From positions 1 to 53,098 of IMG/VR virus record IMGVR_UViG_3300030090_000465: a stretch of DNA of 53,098 bases; one strand, written 5' to 3'. Position numbers and translations under genes: made by a program. Positions 26,285 through 33,736 of this stretch are shown here, in pieces. Source of the stretch: a virus. Lineage: Duplodnaviria > Caudoviricetes. How positions within the stretch are numbered: position 1 is the stretch's first letter; every line of letters starts with the position of its first letter. The notes beneath the pieces are model-generated. The model was not told the DNA's origin. It made no database searches and was given only the letters and a program-made list of their open reading frames with translations.

Positions 26285-26534
26285 AGTTGTACTAGTAGAA
26301 TGGTTTAAGACTTTAGTATCTGAAGAACAATCTAAAGATATAAACGAACGTAATATACTTTCGTACCTATCACATCAAACACACATCTTTGCTAACAATC
26401 AAATGAGATTAAGTGCTTACTCTTTTAAGTGGACTGTTAAGAGAATCAAAGCTTTAGTAAAGAAAACTAATATGGACGTTGACAAAGTGAGGTTAAAGGA
26501 CATTGACCAAAAAAAGAGTACGCAAAGGATTTAG
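26244..26534 (+). CDS. Hypothetical protein
   Basis: 96 aa, AGGAG RBS. Confidence 0.65.
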   Translation: MNSKTCKKIRKQSKVVLVEWFKTLVSEEQSKDINERNILSYLSHQTHIFANNQMRLSAYSFKWTVKRIKALVKKTNMDVDKVRLKDIDQKKSTQRI

Positions 26535-26994
26535 AAAGCCTAGAGTTAAACGGCCTAAAGAAAAGAATGTTCCTCCTAGTTATGATTCTAATTGGGAACA
26601 TGAACTTCATAACGGCCTTCTTAAACAATGGGATCATCATACTAAAGAAGTAGCTTATATAATTGAGCACGTTTACGAACCTGACTTTGTTAGAATTATG
26701 GGTAATCAAATAATTCTTTTAGAAGCTAAAGGTAGGTTCTGGGACTTTGCAGAATACAGTAAATACATATGGATTAAAAAGGCTTTACCGCCCAATACTT
26801 CATTAGTATTTTTGTTTGCCAATCCTTCTGCTCCAATGCCACAGGCTAAAAGAAGAAAGGATGGTACTAAAAGAAGTCATGGTGAATGGGCTTCCGCAAA
26901 TGGATTTGATTGGTATAGTGAAGACTCATTACCTGATAAGTGGATAGACATAAACTATCGTAAAGATAATACTTTAAATATTGAAAGTGAATAG
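26503..26994 (+). CDS. Endonuclease I (T7 gp3-like Holliday junction resolvase)
   Basis: YDSNWE, YEPDF, LEAKGRF, EWASANGF. Confidence 0.85.
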   Translation: MTKKRVRKGFRKPRVKRPKEKNVPPSYDSNWEHELHNGLLKQWDHHTKEVAYIIEHVYEPDFVRIMGNQIILLEAKGRFWDFAEYSKYIWIKKALPPNTSLVFLFANPSAPMPQAKRRKDGTKRSHGEWASANGFDWYSEDSLPDKWIDINYRKDNTLNIESE

Positions 26995-27002
26995 GAGACA
27001 CT

Positions 27003-27338
27003 ATGAGTATTGATGATGCAACACCTAAAGAGTGGGATAATGTTAATGAAGAATTTAAAAAGGATGGAGGAAAATCTTTTCTTGCTGACCTTTGGAACAG
27101 CCAAACGAATGATGAAGTAAATCATCCTACCCATTATAATAATGGTAAAGTTGAATGTATTGAAGCAATAGAAGCTGCTTCTACTCAGGAAGAGTTTGAA
27201 GGATATTTAAGAGGTAATGTATTAAAATATGTTTGGCGGTTTAAATACAAAGATAATATTAAAGACTTGCGTAAAGCTCGTTGGTATTTAGACAAACTTA
27301 TAGAGAAGGTAAACGAGAATGTGGGATCGGAAAGCTGA
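27003..27338 (+). CDS. DUF3310 / T7 gp1.7-like nucleotide kinase
   Basis: VNHPTHY, ECIEAI, GNVLKYVWR, DLRKARWYL. Confidence 0.85.
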   Translation: MSIDDATPKEWDNVNEEFKKDGGKSFLADLWNSQTNDEVNHPTHYNNGKVECIEAIEAASTQEEFEGYLRGNVLKYVWRFKYKDNIKDLRKARWYLDKLIEKVNENVGSES

Positions 27339-27424
27339 AAGAACCGAAAGGTACAACAGAAAAAAGAACTCAATAAAACCTAAACCTAAGAAACAACCTA
27401 TAAAAAAGAAGGAGAAGAAATCAA

Positions 27425-29254
27425 ATGACTGAGAAGATTGGAGTTCAGCCATACTTAGGGATAAGGATAGATTACGGCAAGGAAGATTTATTAAATACTT
27501 TTACAAAAGAAACCATAAGAGATAGATACTTATGGGAAGGAGAAACTCATGCTCAAGAGGCTTTTGCTCGTGCCAGTATATTTGGTGGAACTTATATGGG
27601 GAATACTGACTTTGATCTTGGACAGAGACTTTACGAGTACGCTAGTAATCTTTGGTTCAGCTTCAGCACTCCTATACTTTCTAACGGGGGAACCTCTCGC
27701 GGTTTACCTATCAGTTGCTTTCTTAATTATGTACCTGATTCAAGGGATGGTCTTTCTGTTCACTATGATGAGAACATATGGCTTGCAAGTGGAGGTGGAG
27801 GCATCGGTGGATATTGGGGTGATATTCGGAGCAATGGTGTGGACACTTCTAACGGTAGCAGGTCTACTGGATCAATACCATTTATGCACGTTGTAGACTC
27901 TCAGATGTTAGCCTTCAATCAAGGCGTTACAAGAAGAGGAAGCTATGCTGCTTATATGGATATATCTCATCCTGAGATAGAAGAATTTATAAACATGAGG
28001 AAAACCACTGGCGGTGATTTAAATAGAAAATGTTTGAACTTACATAACGCTGTCAATATATCTAAAGAGTTTTTAAATGCAGTAGAAAAAGATTCTGAGT
28101 GGAGACTAATAGACCCTAAAACTAATACCGCAGTTAAGATAGTATCTGCTAGAAACTTATGGTTTCAAATACTACAAACTCGTATGGAAACTGGAGAGCC
28201 TTACTTAATTAATATAGATAATTGTAACGCTGCTCTACCAGAAGAACAAAAGAAACTAGGGTTAGAGATTAAACAAAGTAACTTATGTTCTGAAATAACT
28301 TTACCTACCAATGAAGAAAGAACTGCTGTCTGTTGTTTGTCTAGTGTTAATCTAGAGCATTTTGATGAGTGGTCTAAAGTAGATACATTTATTCCTGATC
28401 TTATAACTATGCTAGATAATGTACTTCAAAACTTTATTGATGGCGTTGCAGGACAAAGTGGTTACAGTAAAGCAGCTTACTCTGCTATGCGTGAAAGGTC
28501 TGTGGGACTTGGAGCTATGGGATTCCACAGTTATTTACAAAAGAATAATATAGCTTTTGAAAGTATGTACGCATCTTCTTTTAATAACAAAGCGTTTTCT
28601 TACATAAAGGATAGAGCTTCTGCTACCACTAGGAAACTTGCAGAAGAAAGAGGGGAAGCCCCTGATATGAAGGGTAGTGGTAAACGTAATGCACACCTTC
28701 TTGCTATAGCTCCTAATGCTTCTAGCTCTATTATATGTGGAGGTACTAGCCCCTCTATAGAACCTAACAGGGCTAATGTATATACACACAAGACTTTAAC
28801 AGGGAGCTTTAAAGTTAAGAACAAATACTTAGACGATCTTTTACTTGAGCTTGTGCCTAGTAAAAAGAAACGTGATGAGATATGGAAAGATATAGCAGCA
28901 CATGAAGGATCAGTACAACATTTAGATATATTATCAGATGCACAAAAAGAGATGTTTAAAACTGCTCCTGAAATAAATCAGATATGGATAATAGAACACG
29001 CTGCTATGAGACAAAAATATGTTTGCCAAAGCCAAAGCGTAAACTTATTTTTTAAGACCCCATCAATAGAAGCTGATCAAGAAACCCATGATGTTTTCTT
29101 ACAGTATCTAAATGATGTACATTGGGCGGGAATACATAAACTTAAATCTTTATATTACTTGCGATCTAATGCTGCTCGTAATACAGAGAATGTTAATATC
29201 AAAATTCCTAAAATTAATTTAGAAGAAGAGGGGTGTCTAAGTTGTGAAGGGTAA
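27425..29254 (+). CDS. nrdA: Ribonucleotide reductase class Ia, alpha subunit (no ATP cone)
   Basis: STPILSN, ISCF, SNLCSEI, APNASSS, YYLRS, C-terminal CLSCEG. Confidence 0.95.
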   Translation: MTEKIGVQPYLGIRIDYGKEDLLNTFTKETIRDRYLWEGETHAQEAFARASIFGGTYMGNTDFDLGQRLYEYASNLWFSFSTPILSNGGTSRGLPISCFLNYVPDSRDGLSVHYDENIWLASGGGGIGGYWGDIRSNGVDTSNGSRSTGSIPFMHVVDSQMLAFNQGVTRRGSYAAYMDISHPEIEEFINMRKTTGGDLNRKCLNLHNAVNISKEFLNAVEKDSEWRLIDPKTNTAVKIVSARNLWFQILQTRMETGEPYLINIDNCNAALPEEQKKLGLEIKQSNLCSEITLPTNEERTAVCCLSSVNLEHFDEWSKVDTFIPDLITMLDNVLQNFIDGVAGQSGYSKAAYSAMRERSVGLGAMGFHSYLQKNNIAFESMYASSFNNKAFSYIKDRASATTRKLAEERGEAPDMKGSGKRNAHLLAIAPNASSSIICGGTSPSIEPNRANVYTHKTLTGSFKVKNKYLDDLLLELVPSKKKRDEIWKDIAAHEGSVQHLDILSDAQKEMFKTAPEINQIWIIEHAAMRQKYVCQSQSVNLFFKTPSIEADQETHDVFLQYLNDVHWAGIHKLKSLYYLRSNAARNTENVNIKIPKINLEEEGCLSCEG

Positions 29255-29510
29255 AATTGTGGAAGTAAAATGGGATGATGCTTGGATTGATACTGAAGAT
29301 GTTTTAATATCTGAAGCTAAGAAATTAAAAGCTGTGTCTCGTTCTACTGTTGGATGGTTAGTATCTGATAATGAAAATGAATTGATATTAGCTACCGATA
29401 TGTACCACAATGACAAAGACAAAGAGTATGTTAATGCAATAATGGTTATACCTAAAGGTATGATAATAGACTATTGGGAGTATGTAATAGATGAGCTTAC
29501 TAGGAACTAG
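29244..29510 (+). CDS. Conserved phage hypothetical protein
   Basis: VKWDDA...TVGWL...IPKGMI. Confidence 0.7.
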   Translation: MKGKIVEVKWDDAWIDTEDVLISEAKKLKAVSRSTVGWLVSDNENELILATDMYHNDKDKEYVNAIMVIPKGMIIDYWEYVIDELTRN

Positions 29511-30471
29511 AGATTACTATAAACCTTTTGATCATCCATGGATGTTTGATTATTACGTTCAACAAAATCAAATGATATGGTTGCCAGAAGATGTTCCGCT
29601 TCACAATGATGTGAAAGATTGGCAAGAGATGGATGACACGGAAAAGAATTTACTTACACAAATATTTAGATTGTTTACACAATCAGATGTAGATGTAGCA
29701 TCAGGATATATAGATAGATACATGAGGGTCTTTAAAAAGCCTGAGTCTAGGATGATGATGTCTTCGTTTGCTAACATGGAGTCAATACATCAACACGCTT
29801 ACAGCCTACTGTTAGATACTGTAGGGATGCCTGAGATTGAGTATAAGGCATTTGCTGAGTATGAGGCTATGGCTGACAAGCATGAATATATAAGTAGCTC
29901 TCCATTAAAAATAAATAACAAAGAATCTATTGCTAAAAACTTAGCGATCTATTCAGCGTTTACTGAAGGGCTTCAACTGTTTAGTAGCTTTGCAATACTT
30001 TTAAACTTCCCCCGATTCGGTAAGATGAAAGGTATGGGGCAGATAGTTACTTATAGTATTCGGGATGAGTCCCTCCATGTAGAAGCAATGACTAAACTCT
30101 TTAGAGAATTTATGCAGGAAAACATTAGCCTTTGGACAGATGACTTTAAGAAAGAAATATATACTGTTTGTAGGCAGATGGTTAAACTGGAAGATAAGTT
30201 TCTGGATTTAGTATTTCAAATGGGAGACATACAAGGTCTTACTAAATCTGAAATGAAAGAATATATAAGATATATAGCAGACAGGAGACTGTTGCAGCTA
30301 GGATTAAAAACTAACTTTGGGGTAAAGGATAACCCTATTGATTGGATAGATGATGTACTAGGTGTAGAACATCAAAACTTTTTTGAAGGCCGAGCAACAA
30401 CTTATATGAAGGGCGGTCTAAAGGGCAGCATGGAGTCTGTCCAATTTAAAGGAATAGCAGTAGAGGGGTAA
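29491..30471 (+). CDS. nrdB: Ribonucleotide reductase class Ia, beta subunit
   Basis: FTQSD, ESIHQHAY (radical Tyr), EGLQLFSSF, DESLH, NFFE. Confidence 0.95.
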   Translation: MSLLGTRDYYKPFDHPWMFDYYVQQNQMIWLPEDVPLHNDVKDWQEMDDTEKNLLTQIFRLFTQSDVDVASGYIDRYMRVFKKPESRMMMSSFANMESIHQHAYSLLLDTVGMPEIEYKAFAEYEAMADKHEYISSSPLKINNKESIAKNLAIYSAFTEGLQLFSSFAILLNFPRFGKMKGMGQIVTYSIRDESLHVEAMTKLFREFMQENISLWTDDFKKEIYTVCRQMVKLEDKFLDLVFQMGDIQGLTKSEMKEYIRYIADRRLLQLGLKTNFGVKDNPIDWIDDVLGVEHQNFFEGRATTYMKGGLKGSMESVQFKGIAVEG

Positions 30472-30476
30472 TAAAT

Positions 30477-30704
30477 ATGGACAGCAAAGAAGAAGGGAAT
30501 CTTGTTTCTTTTAGAGTGTTTTTAGCTAGAGATGGAAATATTTTATCTGAGTTTAAATATCTACCAATAGAAGATATAGGTAAAGTATTTCCAGAAAATG
30601 AAATCCCTATTATACAAAAAGTAATTAAAGAAGGATTTCTTAAACTAGAGGGACTACACGATTACATAGAAAAAGAAGTTAAAAACTTAACGACAATTAC
30701 TTAG
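30477..30704 (+). CDS. Hypothetical protein (last gene of the + arm)
   Basis: 75-aa ORF converging on the - arm. Confidence 0.65.
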   Translation: MDSKEEGNLVSFRVFLARDGNILSEFKYLPIEDIGKVFPENEIPIIQKVIKEGFLKLEGLHDYIEKEVKNLTTIT

Positions 30705-31026
30705 TAGCTTTGTGGTGCATAAATGCGGTAGCCCCCATGTATGTACCGACAATGCCACACATAGAAAAATAAAACAGCCCCAACAAATCTGACAGAGCGT
30801 TTACTCTACTATCAGATATTAGGGGCGTAAATAAAACTACCGTAGTTACTACCATGATAATGATAGCTAACCAAGCCATCATCTTTTGAGCCTCAGACTT
30901 TTCTTCTCTTAGTTCTAAGTCTACCATTTCTTTAGCTCTATCTAGTTCCTCATCACTGATGATGCCATCATTGTTTAGATCAAACTTCTCGTACTTAGAC
31001 TGTAGCTCTAGTTTCTTTGGAGACAT
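30697..31026 (-). CDS. EF-hand-containing two-TM membrane protein (holin-like)
   Basis: DLNNDGIISDEE loop plus two hydrophobic helices. Confidence 0.65.
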   Translation of the reverse strand: MSPKKLELQSKYEKFDLNNDGIISDEELDRAKEMVDLELREEKSEAQKMMAWLAIIIMVVTTVVLFTPLISDSRVNALSDLLGLFYFSMCGIVGTYMGATAFMHHKATK

Positions 31027-31028
31027 TG

Positions 31029-31208
31029 TTAGTGCGTATTCTCCTTACCATCAAATATTTTATGAGGTTCTGACATAGCTATAAATTGAGCTTCAAATAT
31101 TTCTCTGTAAGTTTCAAAGTCTACTATGTTTAGTCCTCTAGCAGCGTGTGTTCTAGCATATATCTGGTATGCTGCTCCTAATTGATCTTCCGTGTACAGT
31201 GCTAACAT
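31029..31208 (-). CDS. Small hypothetical protein (59 aa, MLALYTEDQL...)
   Basis: Manual translation; AGGAG RBS; fills the gap exactly. Confidence 0.65.
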   Translation of the reverse strand: MLALYTEDQLGAAYQIYARTHAARGLNIVDFETYREIFEAQFIAMSEPHKIFDGKENTH

Positions 31209-31209
31209 A

Positions 31210-31686
31210 TTATTCTCCTACTCCCATTACGATCTTAACTATAAATACTAGAAATCCTATTCCTATTACAACTACAGAACCTATTAGTAACATATCTAAA
31301 AGAAATTTTTTATGTTCTGCTTGTCTTCTAGCTACGACTAGTCTTCTTTGTCTTTCTTTTTGTCTAGCTCTCATCATGGATTTATAAACATCTCCTTGAC
31401 CAGAATAAACAAATAGTTCTCTTAATTGTTTCTCTAATTCTTTTGCTTTATGTTCCGCTAGTGCTACCTCAAGTGCATGGGCTTCTACAGACTGAGCATC
31501 AAACATTTTTTTCCCTATGGGAGTATGATCTGAATCTGCTTTGGCTTTATCTATTTTGTCTTTTGCATCAAAGAATTGTGCAAACTGAGATGATAACTCT
31601 TGGGTGTCCTTACCTAATGCAAGACCTTTTTTTATTACTGTAATTGCTTTTGAGGCAGCAGCAATGGCTACTGTTACTTCTATCAT
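31210..31686 (-). CDS. Coiled-coil protein with a C-terminal TM helix
   Basis: 158 aa. Confidence 0.7.
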   Translation of the reverse strand: MIEVTVAIAAASKAITVIKKGLALGKDTQELSSQFAQFFDAKDKIDKAKADSDHTPIGKKMFDAQSVEAHALEVALAEHKAKELEKQLRELFVYSGQGDVYKSMMRARQKERQRRLVVARRQAEHKKFLLDMLLIGSVVVIGIGFLVFIVKIVMGVGE

Positions 31687-31703
31687 TACTGCCCCCTTTA
31701 AAT

Positions 31704-31886
31704 TTAATATCTTCTAAATAAATCTTCAGCAGCACAGTGATCCATAGCTCTGCAAATCCTTACATTTTGCATATATAATTGTTGATCCATCCAATTCCAC
31801 TCAGGATAATCTGACATTTGCATACTGACTTCGCTTAAAGAACATCCTGTAAGTGATAGTAAAATTATTATTAATAGTCTTCTCAT
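31704..31886 (-). CDS. Small lipoprotein
   Basis: Signal peptide with lipobox LTG-C; CxxxxxC near the C-terminus. Confidence 0.7.
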   Translation of the reverse strand: MRRLLIIILLSLTGCSLSEVSMQMSDYPEWNWMDQQLYMQNVRICRAMDHCAAEDLFRRY

Positions 31887-32086
31887 TGTCCTGCCATCAT
31901 CCTCCTATCGACATTACAATAACTAATGTTATCGCACCCACCTGAGTTTAAAATATTTTGATTGCTTGGAATATTACGCATAAAAATATCTTGGTTTCTG
32001 GCATCTTGCATGGCCCAATCTTGAGCAGACCTTTCCGGCAAACTACTGCAACCAGTTATAACTAAAGCAATAAGTAAGTATCTCAT
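31883..32086 (-). CDS. Small lipoprotein
   Basis: Lipobox ITG-C; CxxxxxC near the C-terminus. Confidence 0.7.
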   Translation of the reverse strand: MRYLLIALVITGCSSLPERSAQDWAMQDARNQDIFMRNIPSNQNILNSGGCDNISYCNVDRRMMAGQ

Positions 32087-33366
32087 TGTGCTACTAATCT
32101 CCTGTTGTTTCTTTCGGTTAGCATTTCCTGATAACCTTCTTCATCAAGATGAGTTACTGCTATCCAAGCATGAGTCATTTCATCTCCTGTTCTACTGCCT
32201 CCATAAACCCACTGATCTGCATCAGGGTTGTTAGGATTATCGTCAGTGTTGTCATACCATTGTTTAAGAACTAATACTGCCCCTGTTGGAATCAAAGGTG
32301 CAAAGTCTGGATCATATATGTGACTGTGATGCCATGTTGCACTCCAGTTAGATACCTGACTAATTTGCTCAGTTATTCCAGTATCAGGGTAAAATATTTC
32401 AAAGCTTGCTGCGTTCATTCTTAGGTGTCCATGAGGTTGCCATGAATCAATGCGAACAGGGTGATCAAAGGAGTGGAATCCCTGAGTCATGTGATAACCA
32501 TGAGGAGGAATAACAATATCATCTTGATCGCTTATCCTGTAAAGCTTGAGGTCTTGAGCATATGTAAGTGCCTTAGATTCCTCTGGAGAGTATAGCCATA
32601 GTCCTATCTCTACAACATTATCTTCAATAATAGTTCCGGGTGCTATAGCTCCTAAACCACCGGGAAACATATGAATGTCCCAAGCTATCTCAGAGTTAGC
32701 AGGTATGGTACGACAGACACCTTCAGGTACTATCTCGCCCCATTTACCCATAGCATACTCTGTCAACATCCCGTATCTTTCACCATCAACATTAACGGAG
32801 CTATTGGCATGATGCACTACACTCTTAGCATCGCCTCTTGGCTTAACTTGGATAGCTTTAATACATCTATCCTCTGTCAACCCACTAGCTACATTGTGTT
32901 TGTGCCATAGGTCATTACCACTGGCAGGTATATCTATAGGAGTAGAAGGAATAACCATTGTAGGCTCTCCAAACTCTCCGTAGAAGTTCCACTGATCGGG
33001 GTCTGAAAGGGCCGGAGGTTGTACTACAACATCTGTATTTCCATACTCTGATCCGGTATCTACCCACTCTACTATCGTGGCTATATCGGCCTCTGAGAGC
33101 CTCCAATCACCATGTAATTCCTGTATTCCTATACCCTGATCATAGGCATATGGCGGCATCTCTCTGTTAGCAACTTTAAGTTGTATCAAAGGACTCCACG
33201 GTCTGACTTGATCATAGGTTTCGAACTGCATTGGGCCAATCCCACCATCACGGTGACACACAACACAATTATTATTTATTATTTCAGCTACATCATCTAC
33301 ATAAGTAGGTGCTCCATGAGCCATAGAGCTACACAACATAGCTCCAACTAGTAGTAAATATCTCAT
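32083..33366 (-). CDS. Secreted cytochrome c / type II copper monooxygenase (PHM/DBH-like) fusion
   Basis: Signal peptide; CVVCH heme-c motif; VVHH + IH (CuH), HGH + EM (CuM) ligands. Confidence 0.85.
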   Translation of the reverse strand: MRYLLLVGAMLCSSMAHGAPTYVDDVAEIINNNCVVCHRDGGIGPMQFETYDQVRPWSPLIQLKVANREMPPYAYDQGIGIQELHGDWRLSEADIATIVEWVDTGSEYGNTDVVVQPPALSDPDQWNFYGEFGEPTMVIPSTPIDIPASGNDLWHKHNVASGLTEDRCIKAIQVKPRGDAKSVVHHANSSVNVDGERYGMLTEYAMGKWGEIVPEGVCRTIPANSEIAWDIHMFPGGLGAIAPGTIIEDNVVEIGLWLYSPEESKALTYAQDLKLYRISDQDDIVIPPHGYHMTQGFHSFDHPVRIDSWQPHGHLRMNAASFEIFYPDTGITEQISQVSNWSATWHHSHIYDPDFAPLIPTGAVLVLKQWYDNTDDNPNNPDADQWVYGGSRTGDEMTHAWIAVTHLDEEGYQEMLTERNNRRLVAQ

Positions 33367-33367
33367 A

Positions 33368-33736
33368 TCAATAACTCCATATCCACGGTCTAGGCCGTTT
33401 GGGTGAATTTTCTATGTCATCTAAATGTATAAATCTACTGCTGCCTTTTTGGTTAATACCAATACCTGTGAACTCTCCAGACTTCATAGCAGCTTCTATA
33501 AGATTATATGCTTTCTCTCCAGAGACTCCAATATCTATTGCGTGTCCTGTTGCGTGTGCGCCCGGAACTTTTTTACGAGCTTCTATAGGATGTTCTGGAC
33601 ATCTATAGCCACTATTAACAGGGAAAGGGAAACCTAGTTGCTCTCTAAGGACTTCTACTTTCTTCATAAAGTTTTCGTCTATGTTACTCTTACCACAGTG
33701 AGAGCATTTTAGTTCATCTTCTGTGAAGTATTTCAT
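33368..33736 (-). CDS. Endolysin, peptidase M15A family
   Basis: CSHCG, SGYRCPEH, H..GHAID, FIHLD. Confidence 0.88.
   Translation of the reverse strand: MKYFTEDELKCSHCGKSNIDENFMKKVEVLREQLGFPFPVNSGYRCPEHPIEARKKVPGAHATGHAIDIGVSGEKAYNLIEAAMKSGEFTGIGINQKGSSRFIHLDDIENSPKRPRPWIWSY

Noticed and set aside
27549-27896. 115-aa hydrophobic alternative-frame ORF inside nrdA
   Set aside because: No recognisable motif; explained by off-frame reading of a conserved gene
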